The notes under the pieces are model-generated. The model was not told where the DNA came from, ran no database searches, and saw only the letters and a program-made list of their open reading frames with translations. A stretch of 60,350 nt of DNA, counting the filler. It is 4 parts of 4 records of this genome, joined end to end, with 100 filler letters (N's around TTAATTAATTAA, not from the genome) between each part and the next. Parts side by side here need not be neighbours in the genome. Positions count along the whole stretch, not along the records: positions 21,611 to 44,816 come from SRR31156797_9147; positions 44,917 to 52,670 come from SRR31156797_9166; 2 more parts are not named here. One strand, written 5' to 3'. Both the position numbers and the translations under genes were made by a program. Of this stretch, positions 41,474-51,208 are shown piece after piece; position 1 is the stretch's first letter; every line of letters starts with the position of its first letter.

Positions 41474-42124
41474 TCATTCACCCGGAAGAAAATTTTCTAA
41501 TTCGACGACAGCGAGACTGGCAAATTGCTGCAAGCTTTGACGTGCTTTGCCGATATCTCCCTCAGGAGCAGATGCCATAATGCGAACAAATGTACCATCT
41601 CTACGCTTCTTGGTAATTGCATCAAACACGAGGTAAACTTTTTCCCAATATTCAGAAGCAATTATTCTTCCACGATTTTGATACCAGTAGTAAACAACTT
41701 GGTATTCGTTTCGGTTACGAATAATCATTTCTGAAACGGCTACGGGATTATCACGCCCTTCGGGTACGATTTTAACTGCGTTGACAGCGTCTATCCCCCA
41801 CCCCCCGCCAGGAATACAGTTCTTGGGAGAATGGTACCCGCTTCCACTACCTACAGCTTCATAATACGCAGCATAAAAATTAACACGCTGTCCACCAGGT
41901 GCGGTGTAGTTATACTCGATGTAATCATCGACCCCGAGCAGCTTAATCACGCCTTCACTGGATTCACGGGAAGATACGGCTTGCAACCCGCCAAAGTCGA
42001 CGGGAAAATTGGAAAGCGTCTGTTTAATGGGAGTACGATGAACACCGCTCACATTCTGCAGCAAGACAAAGGTAAGTGCAAAAAGCAAAAGAACGATGAC
42101 AAGGCGGGGTATAGATATTTTCAT
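41474..42124 (-). CDS. epsI: exosortase-associated EpsI family protein
   Basis: HSPKNCIPGGGW, YYWYQNRGR, RRDGTFVR. Confidence 0.92.
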   Translation of the reverse strand: MKISIPRLVIVLLLFALTFVLLQNVSGVHRTPIKQTLSNFPVDFGGLQAVSSRESSEGVIKLLGVDDYIEYNYTAPGGQRVNFYAAYYEAVGSGSGYHSPKNCIPGGGWGIDAVNAVKIVPEGRDNPVAVSEMIIRNRNEYQVVYYWYQNRGRIIASEYWEKVYLVFDAITKKRRDGTFVRIMASAPEGDIGKARQSLQQFASLAVVELENFLPGE

Positions 42125-42216
42125 TCCATCAGTATAGGGAATCAGCCAGTAAATTGCAAAAAACCAGGAACAGTTTTTTTAAAAATGAAGAAAAGGGTGG
42201 CAAGTTCTTGCAGAAA

Positions 42217-43740
42217 TTACCATTTCCAAAGGTCTCTACTAACGGTCAAGGTGAGCATGAAACGGTGATCAGAGTATTGGTCAGAATCCAGTTCCCCATC
42301 AGAGACGTAGTAAGTGTAACGAACTCCGGCGTTACAATACCTGAGAAAGGTATAGCTTAAGCCAGCTCCTGCTTCATAAATATTTTTGTCATAGGTGAGA
42401 TCGCTGATTGACGCATCTTCTGCTTGCGGAAGCCCCTCTTCTATTACTGCAGCTACTAGATCCTCTCCCCGAGGTGTGTAATTAGATTCCCAACGATATA
42501 CCCCGTAAACATCCAAGGATAAATTTTGCGTATATTGGTAATCAAACGTTGCCCGAGCACTATAAGTGTCTTTTAAGCCGGAATCATTGCTGCCTGTGAA
42601 ATTTTGGGTCTCATATTTTTTATCAAGGAGCAGGGCGAATGATGCGTGTTCATAATCGCGGGAAAAATTCAAGTACAGGTTATAATCCCATTCTCCTTTG
42701 ACTCCTTCGGCATCAGCATAGGATGGGCCACCACCAACAATCAGCCTTGTACGGGAATCAAAGGCATGATCCCAACCGATGGTCAGATTATGGGCATAGT
42801 TATCCTGACGACGCTCGTCATCATATTTTGTTCCGGAAAAATCATACACAAAAGGGATTGAATCACTTGTGCTATGAATATAATCGACACGCAAATCGGC
42901 ACCGTATTCATCCAAATCGTCTGACAAATTATCTAGCTGCTGAGTTGTTTCAGTATCAACAGTTGAAGACGTACTTGTCTCTCCTAACGACACATCCTCA
43001 TCCTCGTCATACAGTCCACGAATATAATTTACCCCAAGGGAGGTCTGCCACGACTGGCTGAAGCCATAAGCGACGTTGGCAAAAAAAGAATGTTTGTCGT
43101 ACTCATCATAGCCATTGCTGTCGGAATCATTTCTCAGCACACTATAGGTATAGCCACCGCCCAGGGAGCCGGTTTCGCTAAAAGTGTAGTTGGTGCTCGC
43201 CGAAAGAGCATTGGTCCAGTATCTTCTTCGCCCTGCATCCTTGGAGAGTTCATCTCCTGTAAGGGAGGCTGTTTGTTGTTCCTGGGTTACTGTAGTCGTT
43301 GCTTCTTCTGCTGTGGTTTCTTTTGTTTCAGCTTGGTTGCCTTCTGCAAATCGTTCATTTGAGAAATATGGATCATCGGTCAATCTGAAGTCATCGGCCA
43401 CCGAGAATGACCAGTTACGTGTCAGCAAACGTTCGCCAGAAAGGGCAAGGTAGTGATCCAGGTCTGTGCTGCTTGTCACATCATCATATTTCAAAACTGG
43501 GGCATAACGAAAAGAAACAGAATCCTTTATTCCTAGAGAGGTTATTGCTATTTCAGGCCATATGCCGATTTGTTTTTTATCGCCATCATCACTGTCTGTT
43601 TCGCCTTCATCATTATCGTAGGTTCGTTCCCAGTAATCTAGGCCAGTACCGACGGAGCCATTGACGATGGTTTCCCGTGCTGCAACTGATAAGGGCAGCA
43701 GCAGGACAATGGTGCAGGTGAGGGGGAGCTGGTATTTCAT
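42217..43740 (-). CDS. outer membrane beta-barrel of the EPS export system
   Basis: Signal peptide from ATG 43740; alternating amphipathic Tyr-rich strands; aromatic C-terminus; adjacent to the OPX gene. Confidence 0.8.
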   Translation of the reverse strand: MKYQLPLTCTIVLLLPLSVAARETIVNGSVGTGLDYWERTYDNDEGETDSDDGDKKQIGIWPEIAITSLGIKDSVSFRYAPVLKYDDVTSSTDLDHYLALSGERLLTRNWSFSVADDFRLTDDPYFSNERFAEGNQAETKETTAEEATTTVTQEQQTASLTGDELSKDAGRRRYWTNALSASTNYTFSETGSLGGGYTYSVLRNDSDSNGYDEYDKHSFFANVAYGFSQSWQTSLGVNYIRGLYDEDEDVSLGETSTSSTVDTETTQQLDNLSDDLDEYGADLRVDYIHSTSDSIPFVYDFSGTKYDDERRQDNYAHNLTIGWDHAFDSRTRLIVGGGPSYADAEGVKGEWDYNLYLNFSRDYEHASFALLLDKKYETQNFTGSNDSGLKDTYSARATFDYQYTQNLSLDVYGVYRWESNYTPRGEDLVAAVIEEGLPQAEDASISDLTYDKNIYEAGAGLSYTFLRYCNAGVRYTYYVSDGELDSDQYSDHRFMLTLTVSRDLWKW

Positions 43741-43775
43741 TTTCAAGAATTTGTTTGTGGTTACGAGTAGCTTTT

Positions 43776-43813
43776 TTACACTTACCGCCACCTGCTAAGT
43801 CGAGGACAGACTG
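43776..43813 (-). promoter_or_regulatory. JUMPstart/ops-like element
   Basis: Minus strand CAGTCTGTCCTCGACTTAGCAGGTGGCGGTAAGTGT resembles CAGT...AGCCAGGGGCGGTAG. Confidence 0.45.
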
Positions 43814-43847
43814 AATGACACAACAAGAGCCTAATGAGAAATCCAGG

Positions 43848-44621
43848 TTAGTGGATAACTAAAATATCACCGGGCTTGATCATGATATTATTTTCAAGAT
43901 CCTTTCCTTTTAGAAAATCGTCGTAATCAAAGGTGAAGGTTTGTCCCTTTTTCCCAGACCCTTCGTTTGATTCTGCAGCTAGGGCATTTGGTTGACGAAT
44001 AATGGTGATTTCAGAATTAGCCCACTCGGTAAAGCCACCAGCTTTGGCGACCGCTTTAACGACAGAGAGTGGGAAATCTAGGTGAAACAGGCCTGGTGAT
44101 TCTACTTGGCCCATCATGGTATACTGCCTGCTGTTGCTCTGCACCAAAGTAGTCGTAACGCTGGGGCTCTCATAGATGGTGCTGTATACTTTTTTGAGGT
44201 AGTCGGCAAGTTGTGTCAAGGTCATGCCAACCACATATACGTCGCCAATGTGCTTAAGTGAAAGTCTCCCGTCCATTCGCACTTCTGCTCCGGAACCGCC
44301 ACGTCCACGAATAAACTCACTTCCTTCCACAGTGTTTGCCGTAGATGAAGCTGGGTTCCCTACATCTACGCTCATGGAGCCTTCACCATAGATCTCGACA
44401 TACACTATGTCTCTATAGCCTATGACATATTCGTCATCAACAGCTGCTTTAGCCTGCTTGCCCATTATTTCTTGACGGAGTTGTTCTTTCATGGCTTTGT
44501 CAACCGGAACATCACTGGTCGATTCTGCCGCAAAGCATGGTAATCCTAGAAACAGAATGGCGATAAAAAAAACGGCATGGCTGGCTACTCGGGGGAATAC
44601 ATTGCTCATTTTCAGCTCCAT
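43848..44621 (-). CDS. polysaccharide export protein (OPX/Wza family, short form)
   Basis: YVIGYRD, VRMDGRLSL..IGDVYVVGMT (Poly_export), GQVESPG...AKAGGFTEWA (SLBB), ends KPGDILVIH. Confidence 0.9.
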   Translation of the reverse strand: MELKMSNVFPRVASHAVFFIAILFLGLPCFAAESTSDVPVDKAMKEQLRQEIMGKQAKAAVDDEYVIGYRDIVYVEIYGEGSMSVDVGNPASSTANTVEGSEFIRGRGGSGAEVRMDGRLSLKHIGDVYVVGMTLTQLADYLKKVYSTIYESPSVTTTLVQSNSRQYTMMGQVESPGLFHLDFPLSVVKAVAKAGGFTEWANSEITIIRQPNALAAESNEGSGKKGQTFTFDYDDFLKGKDLENNIMIKPGDILVIH

Positions 44622-44780
44622 GATTTTTTTAGAAAAAAATGAAAGTAGAATATGTTACCTGCAAACTACACTGAGGTCAAGCAAGCGAAATTCCAGCTAG
44701 GGTGCCACTTTACAAATGGACACCACACAGAATGTCTTTCTCGAGGTATTCAATTTCTTACTGAAAAGCAAACTTTATTT

Positions 44781-44816
44781 GTAACGATTCAGCAGCACCC
44801 CACGGAGTCTGCGCTT
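44781..44816. repeat. left part of a MITE-like element
   Basis: Starts GTAACGATTCAGCAGCAC, an imperfect inverted match to the 21686 terminus; ends AGTCTGCGCTT, complementary to GCAGACT at 21611. Confidence 0.45.
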
Positions 44817-44916
44817 NNNNNNNNNNNNNNNNNNNNNNNNNNNNNNNNNNNNNNNNNNNNTTAATTAATTAANNNNNNNNNNNNNNNNNNNNNNNNNNNN
44901 NNNNNNNNNNNNNNNN
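44817..44916. other. artificial contig spacer
   Basis: N-run + TTAATTAATTAA + N-run. Confidence 0.99.
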
Positions 44917-44946
44917 CAGCGCTCTACCAGACTGAGCCACATCCCG
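44917..44946 (-). tRNA. tRNA 5' fragment, probably tRNA-Pro, cut by the contig end
   Basis: Minus strand CGGGATGTGGCTCAGTCTGGTAGAGCGCTG: acceptor 5' strand starting CGG plus D-arm GCTC-AGTCTGGTA-GAGC. Anticodon not visible. Confidence 0.8.
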
Positions 44947-45298
44947 TCGTGAGATTGGGTAACTATCGAATCCTGACGCGCTTGGCAAGAAAAAAATTAA
45001 GAAAAAAAATAATTTCAAAAAGTTTGCACATGATTTTTTATATTCTTGCACATAAACTTCCAATGTTTTAAAGTGGTAAAAGTGTGAGTATTAAAAATTG
45101 TTCTAAAAATCGATTTGAATGATTTTTTAGTGAAATTCGGGGAGTTTGTTGGACAAAAATACTCATATGTGCCAAGTTTTATCTACGGTTGCGGTTCACT
45201 TTTATTTGAACGGCTGGATTTTTTAGAAAAATCGTCTTTGTATACAAACTGTTAAAGACTGAGCTGAGCAGACGCCGTAGAGAAAGGAGATCGGGTTA

Positions 45299-46348
45299 GT
45301 GATAAATGTCGTAGTTGTAGATGATTCCGCTTTCATGCGTAAAGCTATCAGCACCATGCTGCAGAAGGACCCTGGCATCAAGGTGGTAGCCACCGCGCGT
45401 GACGGGGAGGAAGGCTTAAGGGTTATCAGGAAGCATAACCCGGACGTGGTTACCCTTGATATTGAAATGCCAAAGATGGACGGTCTGACCGCGCTAAGGC
45501 ATATCATGATGGAAATGCCACGTCCTGTGCTTATGGTCAGTTCCCTGACAACTGAAGGTGCCGAGGCCACCCTGAAGGCCATGGATCTTGGGGCGGTTGA
45601 TTTCATTCCCAAGCAGCTGTCAAAAGTTTCCCTCGACATTGTTAAAATTGAAAATGACCTGATCTCCAAGGTTAAGACTGTTGCCAGACGCAAGATGCGG
45701 CCGGTACCCCGGATGCGGGCTGCTTCTGCCGCGCGCAGACCAGCTGCTCCGGTGCGGACTCCTCGCGGAAGAGCCAAGCGCGATGTTGTTGTGATCGGTG
45801 TTTCCACCGGTGGACCGCCGGCGGTTCAGAAGATCCTTTCTTCCCTGCCAAAAGATTTTCCGGCAGGTATCGTTATCGCCCAGCACATGCCCAAGGCTTT
45901 TACCGGCCCCTTTGCTAACCGTCTTAACGGAGTCAGCCAGATTAAAGTTAAAGAGGCTGAAACCGGGGACAGACTACTACCCGGTCACGCATTTGTGGCG
46001 CCCGGCGGTTCTCATCTTGTTATTGACCAGAAGGTCAGCAGGATTGATCTGGTTGTAACGCCAGACCCCAAGGAGGCCTTGTATAAGCCTTCTGCAAACG
46101 TGCTTGTCTCTTCGGTTGCCAAGGCGGTAGGACGCAGAGCCCTCGGGGTTATCCTGACCGGTATGGGTAATGATGGCCGTGACGGAATCAGAGAGCTTAA
46201 AAGCAAGGGTGGCAGAGCTATTGCGCAAAGTGATTCTTCATGCGTTGTTTACGGTATGCCGAAAGCTATTGTGGACGACGGGCTTGCAGATGAAATCGTA
46301 GATATTGATGATATGGCAAATGCGATCATCAACAATCTTTACCTGTAA
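45299..46348 (+). CDS. cheB: chemotaxis methylesterase (REC + CheB)
   Basis: VVDDS, TLDIEMP, GVSTGGP, QHMP, LTGMGNDG. Confidence 0.97.
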   Translation: MINVVVVDDSAFMRKAISTMLQKDPGIKVVATARDGEEGLRVIRKHNPDVVTLDIEMPKMDGLTALRHIMMEMPRPVLMVSSLTTEGAEATLKAMDLGAVDFIPKQLSKVSLDIVKIENDLISKVKTVARRKMRPVPRMRAASAARRPAAPVRTPRGRAKRDVVVIGVSTGGPPAVQKILSSLPKDFPAGIVIAQHMPKAFTGPFANRLNGVSQIKVKEAETGDRLLPGHAFVAPGGSHLVIDQKVSRIDLVVTPDPKEALYKPSANVLVSSVAKAVGRRALGVILTGMGNDGRDGIRELKSKGGRAIAQSDSSCVVYGMPKAIVDDGLADEIVDIDDMANAIINNLYL

Positions 46349-46407
46349 TTTTTTCTAAGACGCAACCGTGAGATGTCTTACGGATTTAAACAAAATGGGG
46401 ACTTGCA

Positions 46408-48336
46408 ATGACGGATTGTTCTAAGGTTCTTGAAGAACTTAAAAGTGACGATAATGAAGTCGTCCGTGAGGCCGCGTTTCAGGCTGGGGAGTTGAAATGT
46501 GCAGATGCCGTTCCTCTGCTGGCCGATCTTTTAAAGACCAGCCATCTGGGATTGCAGGAGGCCGCCGATCATGCTCTGCGAAATATCGGCGGTAAGGGTG
46601 CTGTACAGGCTGTGGTTCCACTGCTGAGATCCGATGAAGCCCCGGTCAGGAACCTATCTATGGACATCTTGCGTGAAGTCGGTGCGCAGGACTTTACTTC
46701 TCTTGTAGAACTTGTCCATGACGATGATCCAGATATTAGAATTTTTGCGACTGACATTCTGGGCTCTACCAACAGTTTTATGGCTGTGGAACCCCTCTGC
46801 GATGCCTTGCTCAAAGACCCTGAAGTAAATGTTCGCTATCAGGCTGCGGTCAGTCTTGGAGATCTTGCCAACCCCGCTGCGGCTCGTTGCCTGAACAAGG
46901 CTATGCAGGATGATGAGTGGGTGCAGTATGCTGTTATTGAAGCATTGGCTAAAATTAAGCATTCCAGCTCGGTAGATGCACTGGTTAAGGCTTTGAATAC
47001 CAGTTCCGACCTTGTGGCCTCCATGATTGTGGATGCCCTCGGCGAGGTAGGTAACATTAAAGCCGTAACCATGCTGCTCAGGCATCTTGATAAAAGTCCC
47101 ACCGCACTGCGCAATAAGATTGTTAAAGCTATCGTAAGCATTCTTGGCGGCAAGTCTCTCAAGCTTCTTTCTGCCAGTGAACGGGAAAAACTCCGCGAAT
47201 ATATGCTGGTCGCCCTTAAAGACGAAGACGAAGATGTGCAGGATGCTGCTATTTCCGGTCTGGGTTACGTGGGTGGTGAAAAAGCCACTGAAGAAGTGCT
47301 TGATCTTGCAAGCGAGCTTGACCCGGATCGTGACCGCGACCGCCTTGCAATAATAATTAATGACCTTTCAAATATCGGCCTTAATGAAGCTATGGTTGCT
47401 GCTTTAAACAGTGGTAATTTTAAGAAGGCCGCAATTGTGATTGAGATTCTTTCAAGGCTTGAAGGTCCTGAAGTTTCCAAGGTCCTGATGGATGCATTTG
47501 GAAATGGAGATCGGGACATCAAACGTGGAATTCTTGAAGCACTTGTTGGCACCGCCGATGAAGAAGCCAAGGAATTTTTTGAGAATATTCTCGAGAGCGA
47601 GCAGGACGGCTCCATGCTCAAGTCAGCCATCAATTTCCTTGGTGGTAAGCTTAAGGATGTTGATGCTATTGACGCTATTTTCGGATTGCTTACTCACTCC
47701 TATGATGATGTGAAGGAAGCTGCTCTAAATGCTTGTGTTGCCATTGGCGGCGAGGATGTGAATCAGCGGTTTGTTGAATTGTTCAGTAGCGACGAGCCGA
47801 TTGAAAGACTGATGGCCGTGTTTGCTATGGGTAAGATTGATGCCTTCGGAAACCTTGAACAGATTAAAATTGCCCTTGAGGATGAGGTCCCTGATATCAG
47901 AAAGATTGCCCTCGAGGCATTGCATGATTGCTCTTCGGATTCCGAAAGCATGTCACTCATTTTTTCAAGGCTTCATGATGAAAACCGCGATGTGCGTTTG
48001 ACTGTGATTGAGCTTCTGGGAAGCTGCTATACAGAGGAAGCTATCCCCTACATTGTTCAGGCCCTTCAGGATGATGATGACTGGGTGCAGATCAGAGCAG
48101 CAGAAGCTCTGGGCGAGCACCGTGAAGAAAGTGCATTGCCTCAACTTATAACAATGTTGGATTCTCCACATAAGCTTGTGGTCCTTAAGGTAATTGAAGT
48201 ATTAGGCGCCATTGGCGGAACTATGGCGTTTCAGGCTCTTCTGGAAGCGTCCAATTCCGATTCCGATCCCGAGGTTATTCAGGCTTCCGAAGAAGCCATT
48301 TTGAGAATTCAGGAAGAGCAAGGAGAAGGAGACTAG
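46408..48336 (+). CDS. HEAT-repeat protein of the chemotaxis cluster
   Basis: Repeated L.D....VR..A...LG units; translationally adjacent to cheR. Confidence 0.9.
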   Translation: MTDCSKVLEELKSDDNEVVREAAFQAGELKCADAVPLLADLLKTSHLGLQEAADHALRNIGGKGAVQAVVPLLRSDEAPVRNLSMDILREVGAQDFTSLVELVHDDDPDIRIFATDILGSTNSFMAVEPLCDALLKDPEVNVRYQAAVSLGDLANPAAARCLNKAMQDDEWVQYAVIEALAKIKHSSSVDALVKALNTSSDLVASMIVDALGEVGNIKAVTMLLRHLDKSPTALRNKIVKAIVSILGGKSLKLLSASEREKLREYMLVALKDEDEDVQDAAISGLGYVGGEKATEEVLDLASELDPDRDRDRLAIIINDLSNIGLNEAMVAALNSGNFKKAAIVIEILSRLEGPEVSKVLMDAFGNGDRDIKRGILEALVGTADEEAKEFFENILESEQDGSMLKSAINFLGGKLKDVDAIDAIFGLLTHSYDDVKEAALNACVAIGGEDVNQRFVELFSSDEPIERLMAVFAMGKIDAFGNLEQIKIALEDEVPDIRKIALEALHDCSSDSESMSLIFSRLHDENRDVRLTVIELLGSCYTEEAIPYIVQALQDDDDWVQIRAAEALGEHREESALPQLITMLDSPHKLVVLKVIEVLGAIGGTMAFQALLEASNSDSDPEVIQASEEAILRIQEEQGEGD

Positions 48337-49215
48337 ATGTCTTCTCTGTTTTCAAAGACAATATCGTTGCGGAAAGAGTTGAAAATCTCCGATTTGGAGT
48401 TCACCCAGCTCCGTGATTTCATTTACGATCAGGCAGGTATTTTTATTGCGGGTAACCGTAAATATCTGCTTGAAAACCGTCTTGCCAATCGTTTGAAGGA
48501 ACTTAACCTCAAGAATTTTGGCGAGTACTATTATTACCTGCAGTATGATCCGGGTAAAAAGGCCGAGTTGAACAAGCTCTTCGAGGTAATCACTACTAAT
48601 GAGACCAGTTTTTACCGCAACCCGCCCCAGCTTAAGGTTTTTCAGACTAAGGTTCTGCCCGCTGTTCTGGATGAGCTGCGCAAGAAAAGGCGTAAGCGGC
48701 TGCGTATCTGGTCTGCGGGTTGTTCCACCGGAGAGGAGCCTTACACCTTGTCCATGATCATTCATGACGTTCTTGGTCCCGAGCTTAGCAGTTGGGATAT
48801 CAAAATTACCGCCAACGACCTTTCTGAAAGGGTCCTCAAGTCCGCGCGCCGTGCGGTCTACAGCGAATATTCGCTGCGGACGACTCCCAAGGAGATCGTA
48901 GCAAAGTATTTTGACAAGGATGGCAAGCAGTACAAAGTAAAACCCAACATTAAACAGTTGGTCAGCTTCGGTCAGATCAACCTGAGTGACCGTATGCAGG
49001 TCAGGCGGGTTGAAAGATCTGAAATTGTGTTCTGCAGGAACGTGATCATTTACTTTGATGAAGCTATGAAGAAAAAGGTCATCAATGCCTACTACGATAA
49101 CCTTGTTCCCGGCGGTTATTTGATAATCGGTCATTCAGAATCCCTGCACAATATCACCAGGGCGTTCAAGCCGGTTCACCATCCGGGTGCGATTATTTAC
49201 CAGAAGTTGGAATAA
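48337..49215 (+). CDS. cheR: chemotaxis methyltransferase
   Basis: TTNETSFYR, IWSAGCSTGEEPY, FCRNVIIYF, GHSESL. Confidence 0.97.
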   Translation: MSSLFSKTISLRKELKISDLEFTQLRDFIYDQAGIFIAGNRKYLLENRLANRLKELNLKNFGEYYYYLQYDPGKKAELNKLFEVITTNETSFYRNPPQLKVFQTKVLPAVLDELRKKRRKRLRIWSAGCSTGEEPYTLSMIIHDVLGPELSSWDIKITANDLSERVLKSARRAVYSEYSLRTTPKEIVAKYFDKDGKQYKVKPNIKQLVSFGQINLSDRMQVRRVERSEIVFCRNVIIYFDEAMKKKVINAYYDNLVPGGYLIIGHSESLHNITRAFKPVHHPGAIIYQKLE

Positions 49216-49256
49216 TACCGGTCTGCGGTTAAATTTATATAAAGCTGCGGGCTGAT

Positions 49257-50075
49257 ATGGAAAAGAATAATACAAAGCAGTCGGACGGATCTGCATCATT
49301 GGCGAAGGTTTATGCCATCGCTAATCAAAAGGGAGGGGTAGGCAAGACGACCACGGCACTGACACTTGGGGAGGCGCTGACCAGACAATCAAAAAAAGTA
49401 CTGGTTATTGATCTTGATCCCCATGCGAATGCCTCGGTCCATATGTCCTACTTCCCTGAAACCGTCACAACCTCGGCTCACGATCTGTTTTTTGATGATG
49501 CGGATTTCAAGAGTCTCTGGGGCAAGATAGTCAAAAAACGCGAATGGGTGGGGTTTGACTTTGTTCCGGCCAGCATTCGGTTATCCGAGCTGGAGGTTGA
49601 TCTTAAAGACAGGAAGAATAAAGGGATGGTCCTCTCCAATTCGTTGGATGAGATTAAAGAGTATTACGACTACATACTCATCGACTGTCCGCCCCATGTG
49701 GGAGTGTTGCTGGTTAATGCCATTGTGGCTGCGGATACAGTACTGATCCCTATTCAGACTGATTTTTTAGCTCTTTACGGTATCCGATTGCTCTTTGATA
49801 CGATCAAGATTTTAAACAAGGTGCTTCCTAGTCCGGTCAAATTCAGGGCTTTGCCCACAATGTATGACGGCAGGGCAGGGGCATGCAGGAAAATTTTAAA
49901 TCTGATTAGAAGAAAGTTGGGGGATAAGGTTTTCAGTACCGTTATCCACATGGATACTAAGTTCAGAGAGGCCTGCGCCAGCGGAAAGGTTATTTTTGAT
50001 ATTGATCCCAAAACCCGTGGCGCTCAGGAATATATGCAGTTGGCAAGAGAGATAGTCAGAAATGAAGACGCCTGA
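49257..50075 (+). CDS. ParA family ATPase (ParC-like, chemotaxis cluster)
   Basis: NQKGGVGKTT, DLDPHAN, IDCPP. Confidence 0.9.
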   Translation: MEKNNTKQSDGSASLAKVYAIANQKGGVGKTTTALTLGEALTRQSKKVLVIDLDPHANASVHMSYFPETVTTSAHDLFFDDADFKSLWGKIVKKREWVGFDFVPASIRLSELEVDLKDRKNKGMVLSNSLDEIKEYYDYILIDCPPHVGVLLVNAIVAADTVLIPIQTDFLALYGIRLLFDTIKILNKVLPSPVKFRALPTMYDGRAGACRKILNLIRRKLGDKVFSTVIHMDTKFREACASGKVIFDIDPKTRGAQEYMQLAREIVRNEDA

Positions 50076-50760
50076 AGAATATTTTGTTGAAAACGTGAAC
50101 CTGCCCAGTGAAGAAAAGCAGGACGGCGGATACACTGATGCCGAACAAGCTTTTATGGATAAATACATTGGCATAGGCGGGCAGGCTGCGTTGAACAGCT
50201 TGGAGCGGGTTGATCCCCGAGGGGATTCTGCTCTACCCGGCTTCGGTTCCGGATCGGTCGATGATTACGGGGGAGAAGGAAGTTCCGCAGACTTTGAGGA
50301 AAAGCTCAAGGATGAGGATGAAGTCCAGCTCGTCAGTTTTGTTGTCGGGGACCGGGAGTATGGTTTGCCGATCATGGTTATTCAGGAGGTTGTCAGGAAA
50401 ATTCCTGTGACCCTGTTACCCGCTGCTCCACGTTTTATGCAGGGTATTATCAACCTCAGGGGACGGGTGACTCCGGTGCTTGATTTGAGACATCTGCTGC
50501 ATGACGGAATGGGTGTACATGATAAATTTGTCGTTATCTGTAGGCACAAAGGCTTGCAGATAGGATTGGCTATTAGCGCGGTCAGAACCATGTACCGTGC
50601 GTATAAGCAGGATCTGGTTTGGGGAGTGGAATCAGAAGTGGGTGTGAGTTCTGATTTTCTGCTCGGTCTATATAAAAATGGTGAAAAATTGGTCAACATT
50701 CTTTCCGTGGATCGACTGGTAGAACAAATTTTAAAGAGTGAAGGAGAGGGAAATGCCTAA
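50062..50760 (+). CDS. cheW: CheW domain protein with acidic N-terminal extension
   Basis: QLVSF...YGLPI..IQEVV, GIINLRGRVTPVLDL. Confidence 0.9.
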   Translation: MKTPEEYFVENVNLPSEEKQDGGYTDAEQAFMDKYIGIGGQAALNSLERVDPRGDSALPGFGSGSVDDYGGEGSSADFEEKLKDEDEVQLVSFVVGDREYGLPIMVIQEVVRKIPVTLLPAAPRFMQGIINLRGRVTPVLDLRHLLHDGMGVHDKFVVICRHKGLQIGLAISAVRTMYRAYKQDLVWGVESEVGVSSDFLLGLYKNGEKLVNILSVDRLVEQILKSEGEGNA

Positions 50761-51121
50761 ACATATTCTGATAGTGGACGATTCAAAGACTGTAAGGAAC
50801 CTCGTCGCCTTCATCATGAAAAAAGAAGGGTTCAAGGTAACTACCGCGGAAGATGGTTTGGACGGCCTTGAAAAGCTTTACAGTCTGGACAAAGTTGATC
50901 TAATTATTTCCGATGTAAATATGCCGAGAATGGACGGGTTTACTTACATTAAGACAGTTCGTGAGCAGGATGCATATAAAGATATCCCTATTATTGTGCT
51001 CTCGACTGAAGGTCAGGAAAAAGATATTCAAACCGGCCTGAGCCTGGGGGCAAACCTCTATATGGTGAAGCCGGCCCAGCCTGAAAAGATGGTTAAGAAT
51101 ATTAAAATGCTTCTCGGATAA
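50753..51121 (+). CDS. cheY: single-domain response regulator CheY
   Basis: ILIVDDS, ISDVNMP, LSTE, KP; AGGAG RBS before ATG 50753. Confidence 0.9.
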   Translation: MPKHILIVDDSKTVRNLVAFIMKKEGFKVTTAEDGLDGLEKLYSLDKVDLIISDVNMPRMDGFTYIKTVREQDAYKDIPIIVLSTEGQEKDIQTGLSLGANLYMVKPAQPEKMVKNIKMLLG

Positions 51122-51208
51122 TGTATTAGCGGTGCGGTCTATGATGACTGTATCCGGACTTGGCTGCAACTGACCAATGCAGAAGAACTTTTAAGAAGGG
51201 GTCTCTAG

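Noticed and set aside
44690..44707. TGGCAC sigma54-like site upstream of the OPX gene (minus strand)
   Set aside because: The -12 position reads GG rather than GC; insufficient support.
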